A stretch of 64,000 bases of DNA from Rhodospirillales bacterium (GCA_009885795.1 VFKA01000010.1:4695-68694), one strand, 5' to 3'; counted from the stretch's first letter, positions 52,305 to 61,698 are shown. The notes: generated by a model from the sequence alone, not told the origin. A program made the numbers and translations.

Positions 52305-53252
52305 TCAAAGCCATCCGGCGGCGCGATACCAGGCGACGGTCTCGCGGAATCCCTCGGCGACCCCGATTCGCGCCCACCAGCCCAGCTCCGCCAGCAACCG
52401 GTCCTCGCGGCAAACCCAATCCGGGTGGCGGACTTCCCTCAGCTTGCCCGGCGTCAGGGTCGGCGTCCGGCCCGCCAGCCGCGCCAGCGCCACCGCCAGC
52501 CCGGAGGCCAGAACCTGGACCGGCATTGCCACCGGCACGGAAATCGGACTCCTACCGACGGACTGGGCGCCGAGCGCCACCAGTTCGGACCAGCCATATC
52601 CGCCACGCCGCCCATCGTCGATCTCGATGATGGCGCCGCCGGGGTTGAGCCGTTCGAGGACGGTCACCACGGCCGCCGCCAGATCGGCCACATGAAGGAA
52701 CGACAGCCGGGCGCGCTTTGGCGCCGGCAACAAGACCCAGCCATTCCCGATGCAGCGAAAGAACAGCAGCGTCTCGCGGTCGCCGGGGCCGTAAACCACC
52801 GGTGGCCGCAGCGCGGTCCAGCGCAACCGCCCGCCCTGTGCCGTCAAGGCCTCCTCCGCCGCGCTCTTGCTTGCGGCGTAGGGGGAAATCCCGGGCTCGC
52901 GCGCGGCCAGCGAGGACATGTGGAGAAAGTGAGCCGACGGCGCTTGGCGAACCGTCGCGGCGGCAAGGGCGGCCGTTCCTTCGGCATTGACCCGGCGGAA
53001 GTCGGCGCGCCGCCGGGCCTTGACCAGGCCGGCGCAATGCACGACGGCGTCGGCGCCGATCACGAGTTCTTCCAGGCTGGCGGGATCGCCGAGGTCGCCG
53101 ATCGCCACGTCAAGCGTGAGCCCGGCAAAAAGCGGTCCGGCCGGGATGCGCCGGCTAAGGATGCGAACCCGCCACCCCGCCGCCGCCAGGGCCGCGACCA
53201 CGTGACCGCCGATGAAACCGGTGCCGCCGGTGACGGCGACGAGGCGCGGCAT
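52305..53252 (-). CDS. NAD(P)-dependent epimerase/dehydratase-family reductase (CerR-like candidate)
   Basis: 315 aa with VTGGTGFIGGHV Rossmann motif. Starts 3 nt after the stop of the upstream ligase. The functional call rests on synteny with spt/acp. Confidence 0.65.
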   Translation of the reverse strand: MPRLVAVTGGTGFIGGHVVAALAAAGWRVRILSRRIPAGPLFAGLTLDVAIGDLGDPASLEELVIGADAVVHCAGLVKARRRADFRRVNAEGTAALAAATVRQAPSAHFLHMSSLAAREPGISPYAASKSAAEEALTAQGGRLRWTALRPPVVYGPGDRETLLFFRCIGNGWVLLPAPKRARLSFLHVADLAAAVVTVLERLNPGGAIIEIDDGRRGGYGWSELVALGAQSVGRSPISVPVAMPVQVLASGLAVALARLAGRTPTLTPGKLREVRHPDWVCREDRLLAELGWWARIGVAEGFRETVAWYRAAGWL

Positions 53253-53255
53253 GGA

Positions 53256-55025
53256 TTAGCGCCCGGCGGGGGCCGAAACGGCCAGCTTCCGGTCGTCGCC
53301 GCCAGGCGGAGAGCCATGGAGGCCGGCGAGGAAGTCGGTCTTGGCCTTGCCGCGGCTGAGCTTGCCCGACGAGGTTTGGGGCAGGGCATGGGGCGCCACC
53401 AGAACGACCTCCGTTTCAACCGCGAAAGACCGGCGCAAGGTCGCCGACACTTCGGCGGCCAGCGCCTGTCGGGCCGAGGGCTCGATCAGGCGGCATTGCA
53501 CGAGAACGACGACATGCTCGCCGGCATCGTCATCCTCGACCGAAAATGCCGCGGCATCGCCGCGACGCAAAGCCGGTATTTCCTCGACCGTCCACTCCAG
53601 GTCTTGCGGCCAGATGTTGCGGCCGTTGACGATGATGAGGTCCTTGGCACGGCCGGTGATGACGATCTGGCCATCGACGAGGTAGCCGAGGTCGCCGGTA
53701 TCGAGCCAGCCCCGATCGTCGAACACTTGGCGCGTTGCTTCCGGCTCGTTGAAGTAACCGGCGGTGATGCTCGGGCCCTTGGCGAAAATCCGCCCTAGCC
53801 TGCGCTCCGGCAGACTCTGCCCGTCGGCCCCACGGACCTCGATATGATGGCCGCCGAGCGGGCGCCCGCACAGAACGAACTCGCGCGAGCGTGTGCCATC
53901 GCCGTCGCCCGCGGGCTCGGCGATCTTGTCCTCGGCCAGCCGGCGGCGGTCGACGCGGTCGAGCAGGACGCCGCGGTCGAGGGCCGAGAAGCTGAGCGCC
54001 AGCGTCGCCTCGGCCATGCCGTAACTGGGCACGAAGGCCTCGGCGCGAAAGCCGTAGGGGCCAAAGGCCTCGGCGAACCGCGCCAGGATACTCGGGCGTA
54101 TCATGTCGCCGCCGATGCCGGCGACGCGCCAGCGGCGAAGGTCGAGTCCCATTGCCGATGCATCGGCAGCGCGGCGCGCGCAGAGCTCGTAGCCGAAGGA
54201 CGGGCTGAAGGCCAAGGTGCCGCCATGGCGCGAAAGAAGTTGCAGCCATGTCAGCGGCCGGCGCGCGAAATCCCGCGTGGTCATGGTGTCGACCGACATC
54301 TGCGCGAAGAGCGGCGTCAGCAGGAACCCGACCAGCCCCATGTCGTGATAGAGCGGCAGCCACGACGCGCACCGGTCGCCGGGAACCATCCTAAGACCAT
54401 CGACGACGATGGCGCGGCAATTCGCCGCCAGCGCGCGCTGGCGGATATCGACCCCGAGCGGGAACCGCGTGCTGCCGGAGGAGTATTGCAAGTAACTCGA
54501 CTCGTCGGGCCCGAATGGCCGCGGATCGACGCCGCCTTCGGGCAAGGCCTCGAAATCGGCGGGCGATCCGACCAGCGCCAGTCCCAGCCCCGCGCCGGCC
54601 TCGCGCAAATAGTCCATGAGTTCCGGCGGCGCCATGGCGGCGCTTGCGCCCGAACCTTCGATCTGCCGGCGCAACGCGCCGATATAGGCATCCTTGCCGC
54701 CAAGCCCGATCGGCAGCGCGACCGGGACCGGCAGAATGCCGGCGTACTGACAGGCCATGAACATGATGACGAAGGACGGGTCGGTATCGGCCAGCATCAG
54801 GAACCGCGCGCCCTTGGCTAGGCCGGCCCGGATCAAGCGGCGCGCTTGCGCCACCGCCAATTCGCGCAGCTCCGCATAGCCGAGTGCCCGCGCCAGTTCC
54901 CCGCGCACGGAGAAGAAGTTAAGCCCGGTTCGTCCGCGCGCGGCGTAATCCAACGCTTCCGCCAGCGTATCGAACGCGGCGGGGCGAAGGGGCAGGGTGT
55001 CGTTGGTTGATGGTGTCGGGTCCAT
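53256..55025 (-). CDS. fatty-acyl-AMP ligase / acyl-ACP synthetase-like (AMP-binding family)
   Basis: ORF 53256..55091 (start 55091 or MDPTPSTNDT at 55025). AMP-binding motif LQYSSGSTRFP and C-terminal ...TSSGKLSR. Confidence 0.75.
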   Translation of the reverse strand: MDPTPSTNDTLPLRPAAFDTLAEALDYAARGRTGLNFFSVRGELARALGYAELRELAVAQARRLIRAGLAKGARFLMLADTDPSFVIMFMACQYAGILPVPVALPIGLGGKDAYIGALRRQIEGSGASAAMAPPELMDYLREAGAGLGLALVGSPADFEALPEGGVDPRPFGPDESSYLQYSSGSTRFPLGVDIRQRALAANCRAIVVDGLRMVPGDRCASWLPLYHDMGLVGFLLTPLFAQMSVDTMTTRDFARRPLTWLQLLSRHGGTLAFSPSFGYELCARRAADASAMGLDLRRWRVAGIGGDMIRPSILARFAEAFGPYGFRAEAFVPSYGMAEATLALSFSALDRGVLLDRVDRRRLAEDKIAEPAGDGDGTRSREFVLCGRPLGGHHIEVRGADGQSLPERRLGRIFAKGPSITAGYFNEPEATRQVFDDRGWLDTGDLGYLVDGQIVITGRAKDLIIVNGRNIWPQDLEWTVEEIPALRRGDAAAFSVEDDDAGEHVVVLVQCRLIEPSARQALAAEVSATLRRSFAVETEVVLVAPHALPQTSSGKLSRGKAKTDFLAGLHGSPPGGDDRKLAVSAPAGR

Positions 55026-55122
55026 GATCGGCGATGCGGAAAGACGGGGGCTCGGATCGGCCGGCGCCGGTGCCCTCTTAGCAAATTCCATTGCCGCGCC
55101 ACAAGCGGATTGGCCGATTGAA

Positions 55123-55192
55123 GTGCCTCATGGTGAGGAGTCGGCGAAGCCGGCGTCCTCATCCCGAGCTTGTCCAGGGACGAACCATGAGA
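55123..55192. repeat. Family A/B intergenic repeat
   Basis: gtgcctcatggtgaggag...gtcctcatcccgagcttgtccagggacgaaccatgag. Confidence 0.7.
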
Positions 55193-55206
55193 CCGCGGTC
55201 GCGGAT

Positions 55207-56973
55207 TTAAGAGGCGGCCACCCGAATCGCCGCCCGCGGCATCTCGACGACCCGTTCGTCCTGAATCTGGTACACGCGGTCGGCCATGTCGACCCAGGCC
55301 GGCTGATGGGAAATGGCCAGCAGCGTCAAGCCGCTACGCTCCGACAGTTCGCGCAGGTTGCGGCAAATGGCGGCCTCCGTCTCGGGATCGAGCGCGCTGG
55401 TCGCCTCATCGAGGATGATGAGCGTCGGCCGGTGAATGAGCGCGCGCGCCACCGCAATGCGCTGACGCTGGCCGCCCGACAGAAAGCCGCCGCGCTCGCC
55501 GATGATGGAATCGATGCCCTCCGCGAGCCGGGACACGAAATCCCATGCCCCGGCGGCCTCGAGCGAGGCCTTGGCATCCTCCCGGGTGAGCGCCGGATCG
55601 TCGAGCGTGACGTTGGCGAGCACGGTGTCGTGAAAGAGGATGACTTCCTGGGGGACGTAACCCACCATCCCGCGCCATTGCAGAAGATCGACGGCGCGCA
55701 AGGAGCGGCCATCGAGACGAACGTCGCCGGAATCCGGTTCGTACAGCCCGAGAATGAGATCGGCGATCGTCGTCTTGCCGGCGCCCGACGAGCCGATGAT
55801 GGTGGTGACCTTGCCCGCGGGGATAGTCAGGCTGACATCGGCGAGTACCTGCTTCGCGCCGAAGGCAAAGGAGACGCGGTCGAATTCGCAGGCGCGCGCG
55901 AGGCTCGGCGTCTCGCTTCCGGCCAGCGTCTCTCGGGCTTCCCTGGCCTCGGCGATCGTGTCCAGCATGTTCCAATAGGCGGTCTCGTGAATGGCGGCCG
56001 ACTGGAAGTCGAGCTGGGCCTTGCCGACCGCGGCCACGGTGCGGGTGAGCAGCAATCCCATGACGATCAGCTCGGCAACCGGCAAATGCCAAACGGTGAT
56101 CGCGACGTACAATGCGCCCGCGAGAAATATGCCGATCATGGGCTCTTGCAGATTGCGGGCGGCCTGCTTGCCGAAGACTTGCTTCCGCAGGGCGGTGTTG
56201 AGGTCGCGCAGATAGCCCGCGAACAAGATGCCAAGCTGCAGGTGCTTGGTCATGGCCTTCAGCGCCTTGATCCCGCCGAGCAAGTCGGTCAACCGCGCCA
56301 CCAGGGTCTGCGTGTGGCGAGTCTGCTGCTTGCCGGCCCGCCGCGAGAGATTGACGACGCGATTGAGCGCCAGGATCATGACCGATCCGATGACCGCGGC
56401 GAGCAGGCACAGCTTCCAGGAAATAAGGAGCGCCAGCAACAGGTAGACAACCGTCTGCACCGAGCCCGCGATCAGCAGCGAAACCGACAGGAACGCCTGC
56501 GAGGCGCGCGTGGCCTCGCCGCTGATGGCGTTGGCGAACCGGCCGATCGGCTGTTTGGTGAAATAGCTCCATCGGACTTCGAGTAGCCGCTCGACCAGGC
56601 TGAGCCGCAAGCCCGTGGCGATTTCGGCGACCACGTAGCCGACGTAGTTCATGGTCAGCAGTATCAACGCCGACTTGGCCAGCAGCCCGAAAACGACAAT
56701 CAGCAGCAGAACCCCGATATCGACCGGCAGGCCGAGCGCGCCCAAGACATCGGTGACGGCGCTATGGATGGGCGATTGATCGGTGCCGGCGTCGCCCGCG
56801 GCCAGACTGAGGACGGGAAGCAGGCTGGCGATGCCGACGCCCTCGGCCAGGCTGGCGAGCAGCAGGCAGCCGACCACAATGTATTGGCGCCGGGGCGCGA
56901 TGCCGCGAAAGATGGCCAGCACACCGCGTCGGGGCGTGGCGATCGGAGGCGTCGATGTGGCGGGGTGACGCAT
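55207..56973 (-). CDS. ABC exporter, fused TMD-NBD (MsbA-like type I exporter)
   Basis: 588 aa with a six-span N-terminal half, Walker A GSSGAGKTT, signature LSGGQRQR and Walker B LIILDEATS. Confidence 0.85.
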   Translation of the reverse strand: MRHPATSTPPIATPRRGVLAIFRGIAPRRQYIVVGCLLLASLAEGVGIASLLPVLSLAAGDAGTDQSPIHSAVTDVLGALGLPVDIGVLLLIVVFGLLAKSALILLTMNYVGYVVAEIATGLRLSLVERLLEVRWSYFTKQPIGRFANAISGEATRASQAFLSVSLLIAGSVQTVVYLLLALLISWKLCLLAAVIGSVMILALNRVVNLSRRAGKQQTRHTQTLVARLTDLLGGIKALKAMTKHLQLGILFAGYLRDLNTALRKQVFGKQAARNLQEPMIGIFLAGALYVAITVWHLPVAELIVMGLLLTRTVAAVGKAQLDFQSAAIHETAYWNMLDTIAEAREARETLAGSETPSLARACEFDRVSFAFGAKQVLADVSLTIPAGKVTTIIGSSGAGKTTIADLILGLYEPDSGDVRLDGRSLRAVDLLQWRGMVGYVPQEVILFHDTVLANVTLDDPALTREDAKASLEAAGAWDFVSRLAEGIDSIIGERGGFLSGGQRQRIAVARALIHRPTLIILDEATSALDPETEAAICRNLRELSERSGLTLLAISHQPAWVDMADRVYQIQDERVVEMPRAAIRVAAS

Positions 56974-57107
56974 GTCGAGCGGCGATGCGGATGCCTAGTG
57001 AGAGGATACCAGGCCCTTAGATGCGCCGTTCGGCGATCATCCGCAAGTCGGCCTTCCCAGGGCCTTCTTAAGGCCCGTGGACCCAAGGCGTCAAGTTGAC
57101 GCCGGCC

Positions 57108-57233
57108 CTCTTTCGAGACGCGCCCTTGGCAGGGCGCTCCTCAAGATGGGGAAAGCCAACGACAAGCCTCATGGCGAGGAGGCTGCGGCAGCTTCCGTCC
57201 TCATCCCGAGCTTGTCGAGGGACGCACCATGAA
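57108..57233. repeat. Family A/B intergenic repeat (long composite copy)
   Basis: ctctttcgagacgcgcccttggcagggcgctcctcaag ... cctcatggcgaggaggctgcggcagcttccgtcctcatcccgagcttgtcgagggacgcaccatgaag. Confidence 0.75.
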
Positions 57234-57328
57234 GCCGCCAGTCGGCAAATGCGATAGCCCTGGGCCCGCGCTTGTCTGGCCCGTACGGCTGGTGTATCAA
57301 GCGCGGCCGTCGCCAAGGAACCACATTC

Positions 57329-58606
57329 ATGACGATTCAATCGGCCTGGAGCGAGACTCGGGTCAAAGCGATGCTCGCGGCGTATAGCTTCCGCTATCAG
57401 AACGTGGAGCTGCCCTACGGCCTGCAAACCGGCGGCAATGACCGTTCGCCGACGGCGAACAGCATCTTCCCGGCGGACATGACCGGAAAGTCCGTGTTCG
57501 ATCTCGGTTGCATGCACGGCTATTTTCTGTTCGAGGCGGAGCGGCGCGGCGCTACGAGGATCTTCGGCGGCGATATCAACCCCGAGAACGTCGCCAAGTG
57601 CAAGATGCTTGCCGACTGCAAGGGTTCGCGGGCGGAGTTCGCGAAGTTCGACATCGAGCGGGACGCGATCCCCGGTAAGTTCGACTACGTGCTCTGCCTC
57701 AACGTGCTGCATCACTTGCGCAATCCTCTGGCGGCGCTCGAGAAGCTCATCGACGCGACCAAGGAATGCCTGGTCCTGGAAGTGGCCGCCTTCAACAAGA
57801 AGGCGCGGAATGAATCCTGGGTGCCTTACTGGTTCGGCGGACTGCTCAACCGCCTGCCCATCTTCTATGTCGGCGGGGCGAGCCGGGACGCCAAGGGAAG
57901 CCGCGGTTTTTTCATGACCGAGAGCGCCATCGTCGCGCTTCTCAACCACCACCGGCGCGATTTCGCGCGCGTGAAGATCGTGCATGTCGGCGGCCAGAAA
58001 GGGCTCGGCAAGGGGCGGTTCATCGCCATCGCGCCCAAGCGGCGGATCGAGCATCTCCATATTTTCGCCGGCACGAACACGATAGGAAAATCGACTCTGC
58101 TCGAGAGTTTCCGGCGCGGCGAGAACCCGCTTGTCGCCGAGAAACTGGGTCTGGGTCCGGTCGCGGATTGGCGCCACCAGATGTACAACAAGCTGCCCCA
58201 GGCGCCGGAAGCCGAAATGCCCCACATGCTGCTCGAATACAACATCGGCAAGTATCTGTTCGACGGCCCGCTGCATCACTACGAGCGCGGCGTGCTGGAC
58301 CTCATCAAGGTCGCGGAAAAAGTGACCATTACGACGTTCTGGCTGCGGCCCGAAATCTTGCATGAGCGCTACATGACGCAGCGCGTGCCGGAATCGTGGT
58401 TGAAACGCCGCCTGCGGTCCTCGCGCCGGCGCCGGATGGAACGCAAGCTCGGTGCCCTCTATGCCGATCCGGCCCGTTTCGAGGCGATGTATCGCGATTG
58501 GTTCGCGTTCGCTCGCCGGCACGCCGCCGTCAACCACGTCATCCTGCAGGAAAACGGCTATCGTGTCGTATCGATCGAGGATTGGGAGCGTGGCGAGCGC
58601 GGCTGA
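57329..58606 (+). CDS. fusion protein: class I SAM-dependent methyltransferase + P-loop domain of unknown function
   Basis: Start MTIQSAWSE within ORF 57272..58606. Motif I VFDLGCMHGYF and post-I FGGDINPE. The C-terminal half has Walker-A-like FAGTNTIGKSTLL. Confidence 0.6.
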   Translation: MTIQSAWSETRVKAMLAAYSFRYQNVELPYGLQTGGNDRSPTANSIFPADMTGKSVFDLGCMHGYFLFEAERRGATRIFGGDINPENVAKCKMLADCKGSRAEFAKFDIERDAIPGKFDYVLCLNVLHHLRNPLAALEKLIDATKECLVLEVAAFNKKARNESWVPYWFGGLLNRLPIFYVGGASRDAKGSRGFFMTESAIVALLNHHRRDFARVKIVHVGGQKGLGKGRFIAIAPKRRIEHLHIFAGTNTIGKSTLLESFRRGENPLVAEKLGLGPVADWRHQMYNKLPQAPEAEMPHMLLEYNIGKYLFDGPLHHYERGVLDLIKVAEKVTITTFWLRPEILHERYMTQRVPESWLKRRLRSSRRRRMERKLGALYADPARFEAMYRDWFAFARRHAAVNHVILQENGYRVVSIEDWERGERG

Positions 58607-59615
58607 GAGGGCGCCGTCCCGCGGTTTCCTGGGGATGGTGCTGGCCATCGTCCTCGGGGTCGCGCTGTCCGCGGGGGTGCTGGAGCTCGCCGTGCGTTTC
58701 GTGCTCGATGACGGGCTCAATTTCGATCTTGAGATGTGGAAATACGCCAAGGACCTGAAGGCGGTGAGTCCTACGCCCGGCGTCGGGCACGAGCATGTTC
58801 CCGACACATCGGGGATCTACATGGGCGTTCCCGTATCGATCAACTCGGCGAAACTGCGAGACCGGGAAATGCCCCTGGCCAAGCCGGCGGGTATGATCCG
58901 CATCGCCATGGTCGGCGATTCGTTTACGTTCGGTTGGGGCGTCCGGGTGGAAGATACGATGGCGAAAATGCTGGAAGCGAAGTTGAACGCCGGATTGCCC
59001 GCCCCGCGCTTCGAGGTCGTCAATTTCGGTGTCGGCAACTACAACACGTCCATGGAGGTCGCCTCGTTCCTGCACGATGGGTACCGGTTTCAGCCGAACG
59101 TCGTGATTCTCAACTATTTCATCAATGACGCGGAGGAGACGCCCAAGCGCGGCAACAACGTTCTCGCCGAACACTCATACGCCGCCGTCTACATCGCCGG
59201 ACTCGTCGACGTTGTGATGAGGACATATTTCGGCAAGAGCGATTGGCGCGCCTACTACGACGGCCTCTACGAAACGGACGCGCCCGGATGGCGGCGCGCC
59301 CGGCAAGCGATCGCCGATCTGGCCGGCTTCTGCCGCGAGCGCGGCATCGGGCTGCTCGTGGTCAACCTGCCCGAGCTCCACCAGCTGGACCCCTATCCCT
59401 TCGAACGCGTGACCGCGGCAATCGGCGCTCTGGCCGCGAAAGAGCGCGTGCCCTTTCTCGATCTGCTCCCGGCGATACGCGGCCATGAGCCATTGAGCCT
59501 TTGGGTGACGCCGACCGACCCTCACCCCAATGCGACCGCCAACCGGGCCTTTACCGACGCTATTGCGGCGAAGCTTGGCGCGGATTTTCCCGATTTGGCG
59601 ATCGAGGGCGATTGA
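58590..59615 (+). CDS. SGNH/GDSL hydrolase-family protein, N-terminally membrane-anchored
   Basis: GTG 58590 (or ATG 58635) within ORF 58452..59615. Block I MVGDSFTFG, block III GVGNYN, block V DPHPN. Confidence 0.7.
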   Translation: MASAAERAPSRGFLGMVLAIVLGVALSAGVLELAVRFVLDDGLNFDLEMWKYAKDLKAVSPTPGVGHEHVPDTSGIYMGVPVSINSAKLRDREMPLAKPAGMIRIAMVGDSFTFGWGVRVEDTMAKMLEAKLNAGLPAPRFEVVNFGVGNYNTSMEVASFLHDGYRFQPNVVILNYFINDAEETPKRGNNVLAEHSYAAVYIAGLVDVVMRTYFGKSDWRAYYDGLYETDAPGWRRARQAIADLAGFCRERGIGLLVVNLPELHQLDPYPFERVTAAIGALAAKERVPFLDLLPAIRGHEPLSLWVTPTDPHPNATANRAFTDAIAAKLGADFPDLAIEGD

Positions 59616-59630
59616 CCCGAGGCCGGGCGG

Positions 59631-60764
59631 TCACTTTTTCCACGCCGCCTTGAGCATCTCGACGAGCTTGGCCGTGCCGATCGGCGACAGATGTCCCTGG
59701 TTCACATAGAGCGGCAATCCGCCGAAGGGCGACCCCGCTTCCTCCCGCGCCGCGTTGGTGGCGTCGAGGAAATCGACGACCGTGAAGCCCGCTTGCCTCG
59801 CGGCATCCAGAACCGCGCGCTTCTCCTCCCGGAAATAGGGAAAGTCCCAATGGCTGTGGCCGCGGACCCGCATGACGTCGGGCGCCGCATTGTAGATCTT
59901 CGGCAAATAGACAAGCGTCAGGCGGTCGAGCGCGTTTCGCTTGGCGAATTCGGACAGAAAGGGAATGAGTTCCTCCGGACGGCCGTAGGGCTCGCCCGGC
60001 GCGTGGTCGTTCTCGGAGAAGAAGTAGACGACCTCGCGGATGCCGCCCGCATATCGCCGTTCGGCGCGTTCGAGCATGCAGACATTGTCCTTGGCGGCGG
60101 CGCCGTTGACGCCGATGTTCACGTATTGCCGGGTGTCGTCTCGCGCCTGCAGCTGCGAGGCGAGGGTCTCCCAGTCGTTCACCATCGAACCGTTGGCGAT
60201 GCTGGACCCGGTCACGAGCACCTTGCGCGGCGACTCGACAGAGGGAAGCGTCAGGCGCTCGCCCTCGGCGTTGCTCCGGTGTCGAATTTTACGGAAGGCA
60301 TAGCGGTCCAGGAACTGTTGGAGACGCGGCGGCAGCACCCTGGCCGTGTCGTAGAAGGCGTTCATCGGGTCGAAGCTATTGAACAAAGTCGATCGCAAGA
60401 GAACCATGGTCTTGTCGATATTGGGACGCTGCGACCAGCAGCCGTCGATCTCGATATTGGCGCTGGCTGCTTCCGTCTTGAGTTCGGCATAGGGCGCGTT
60501 GCCGAGGCCGACGCCGTTGGCCTTCATGTCGTCGATCATCGATTCGAGTTCGTCCAGACTCGAAATCGTCAGCAGCCTGTCGTCGGCCGGCAGTTCGGCA
60601 TCGCTTCGCTTTTGGTCCTTCAAGAGATTACTGACGAACCAATAGGTGACGCTGGTGTCCGGCTTCTTGAGCCGTGCGACGGCATAGAGACCCTCGCCAG
60701 CCAACAGGATGACGACGAGGACCAGGACGACAGTCATCGCCGCGAAGAGGTGCTGCTTGCGCAT
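59631..60764 (-). CDS. membrane-anchored hypothetical protein, possibly SGNH/AlgX-like fold
   Basis: 377 aa with an N-terminal TM anchor. Weak GDS-like VTGSSIANG and C-terminal NQGHLS. Coding frame is clear; function is uncertain. Confidence 0.4.
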   Translation of the reverse strand: MRKQHLFAAMTVVLVLVVILLAGEGLYAVARLKKPDTSVTYWFVSNLLKDQKRSDAELPADDRLLTISSLDELESMIDDMKANGVGLGNAPYAELKTEAASANIEIDGCWSQRPNIDKTMVLLRSTLFNSFDPMNAFYDTARVLPPRLQQFLDRYAFRKIRHRSNAEGERLTLPSVESPRKVLVTGSSIANGSMVNDWETLASQLQARDDTRQYVNIGVNGAAAKDNVCMLERAERRYAGGIREVVYFFSENDHAPGEPYGRPEELIPFLSEFAKRNALDRLTLVYLPKIYNAAPDVMRVRGHSHWDFPYFREEKRAVLDAARQAGFTVVDFLDATNAAREEAGSPFGGLPLYVNQGHLSPIGTAKLVEMLKAAWKK

Positions 60765-60774
60765 GAACGTCTCT

Positions 60775-61698
60775 CTACGCCGAATAACCGAACAAAGGTA
60801 CCAACCGGATTCGCACCATCGCCTCCATCGCGGCGATTTCGGTGGGCGTGAAATAATCGCGAAATCCGCCGATCTTGCCGCGCCGGACCTTGAACGAATC
60901 GGGGTTGGAGGGATCCCGCGCCGAAAGGCGGCGCGAGCCGAAATGGTCGCCGCGCTCCATGTCCTTCAGGCGCTCGAAGGAGGCGAAGGCCACGGCCTCC
61001 GCGATCTGCTCGTCGGTGAAGGAGTCGCCGATGAAATCCGCGATCCGCTTGAGTTCCGCGGCCGGTTCCTTGCGCATGTCTTCGTAGCGGACCAGCAGGC
61101 CGCGCTCGATGCGGGCCAGAATCCCCGCCCATTCGTTGAGGTAGCCGATGATGAACGGCAGGCCGTGATCCTTGCTCATCACGAAGTCGACAAGCGGCAT
61201 GTCGGCGATGTTCGCGGGCAGGTTCACGATGTCGCGACGGTAGGATTTCGTCCGATGCACGGAATGGAAATAATAGGAGACGGCGATATCGCAAGGGTGG
61301 CGTGCCAGGAAGATCGTCTTCTTGCCGTCGAATTCGGTCTCGGGCGGCGGCAGGCGGCTGGCGATCCGCGCATAGGTGCCGTGCGCGAACAGGAACACCG
61401 GTATCGCGGAATTCATCCCGTGGTAGTTGTCGGACTGAAGCAGCGCGTCGGCGGGAAGGCCGAACTTCACCTGGTAGAGCCGCGACAGCATGACCCTGAG
61501 CCAGGTGCGCCCGCTCTTGGCGAAGGCCATCACCGCCAAATCCGCGCGCCGCAGCCGGCGAAGCTCGCGCCGGCCCCGCTGCCGGCGCTGGAGGTAGAGC
61601 CGCGTCGGCCGCGGCAAGGGCGACAAGGCCGCTTGCGCGACGCGCGCGGCGATCTCGCGAAAAAGCCTTCGCATCGGGGGCGGCTCCGGGGAAGTCAC
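60775..61698 (-). CDS. PAPS-dependent sulfotransferase (cytosolic Sulfotransfer_1-type)
   Basis: 307 aa with 5'-PSB loop FAKSGRTWL, 3'-PB motif LARHPCDIAVSYYFH, and RRGKIGGFRDYF. Confidence 0.85.
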   Translation of the reverse strand: MTSPEPPPMRRLFREIAARVAQAALSPLPRPTRLYLQRRQRGRRELRRLRRADLAVMAFAKSGRTWLRVMLSRLYQVKFGLPADALLQSDNYHGMNSAIPVFLFAHGTYARIASRLPPPETEFDGKKTIFLARHPCDIAVSYYFHSVHRTKSYRRDIVNLPANIADMPLVDFVMSKDHGLPFIIGYLNEWAGILARIERGLLVRYEDMRKEPAAELKRIADFIGDSFTDEQIAEAVAFASFERLKDMERGDHFGSRRLSARDPSNPDSFKVRRGKIGGFRDYFTPTEIAAMEAMVRIRLVPLFGYSA

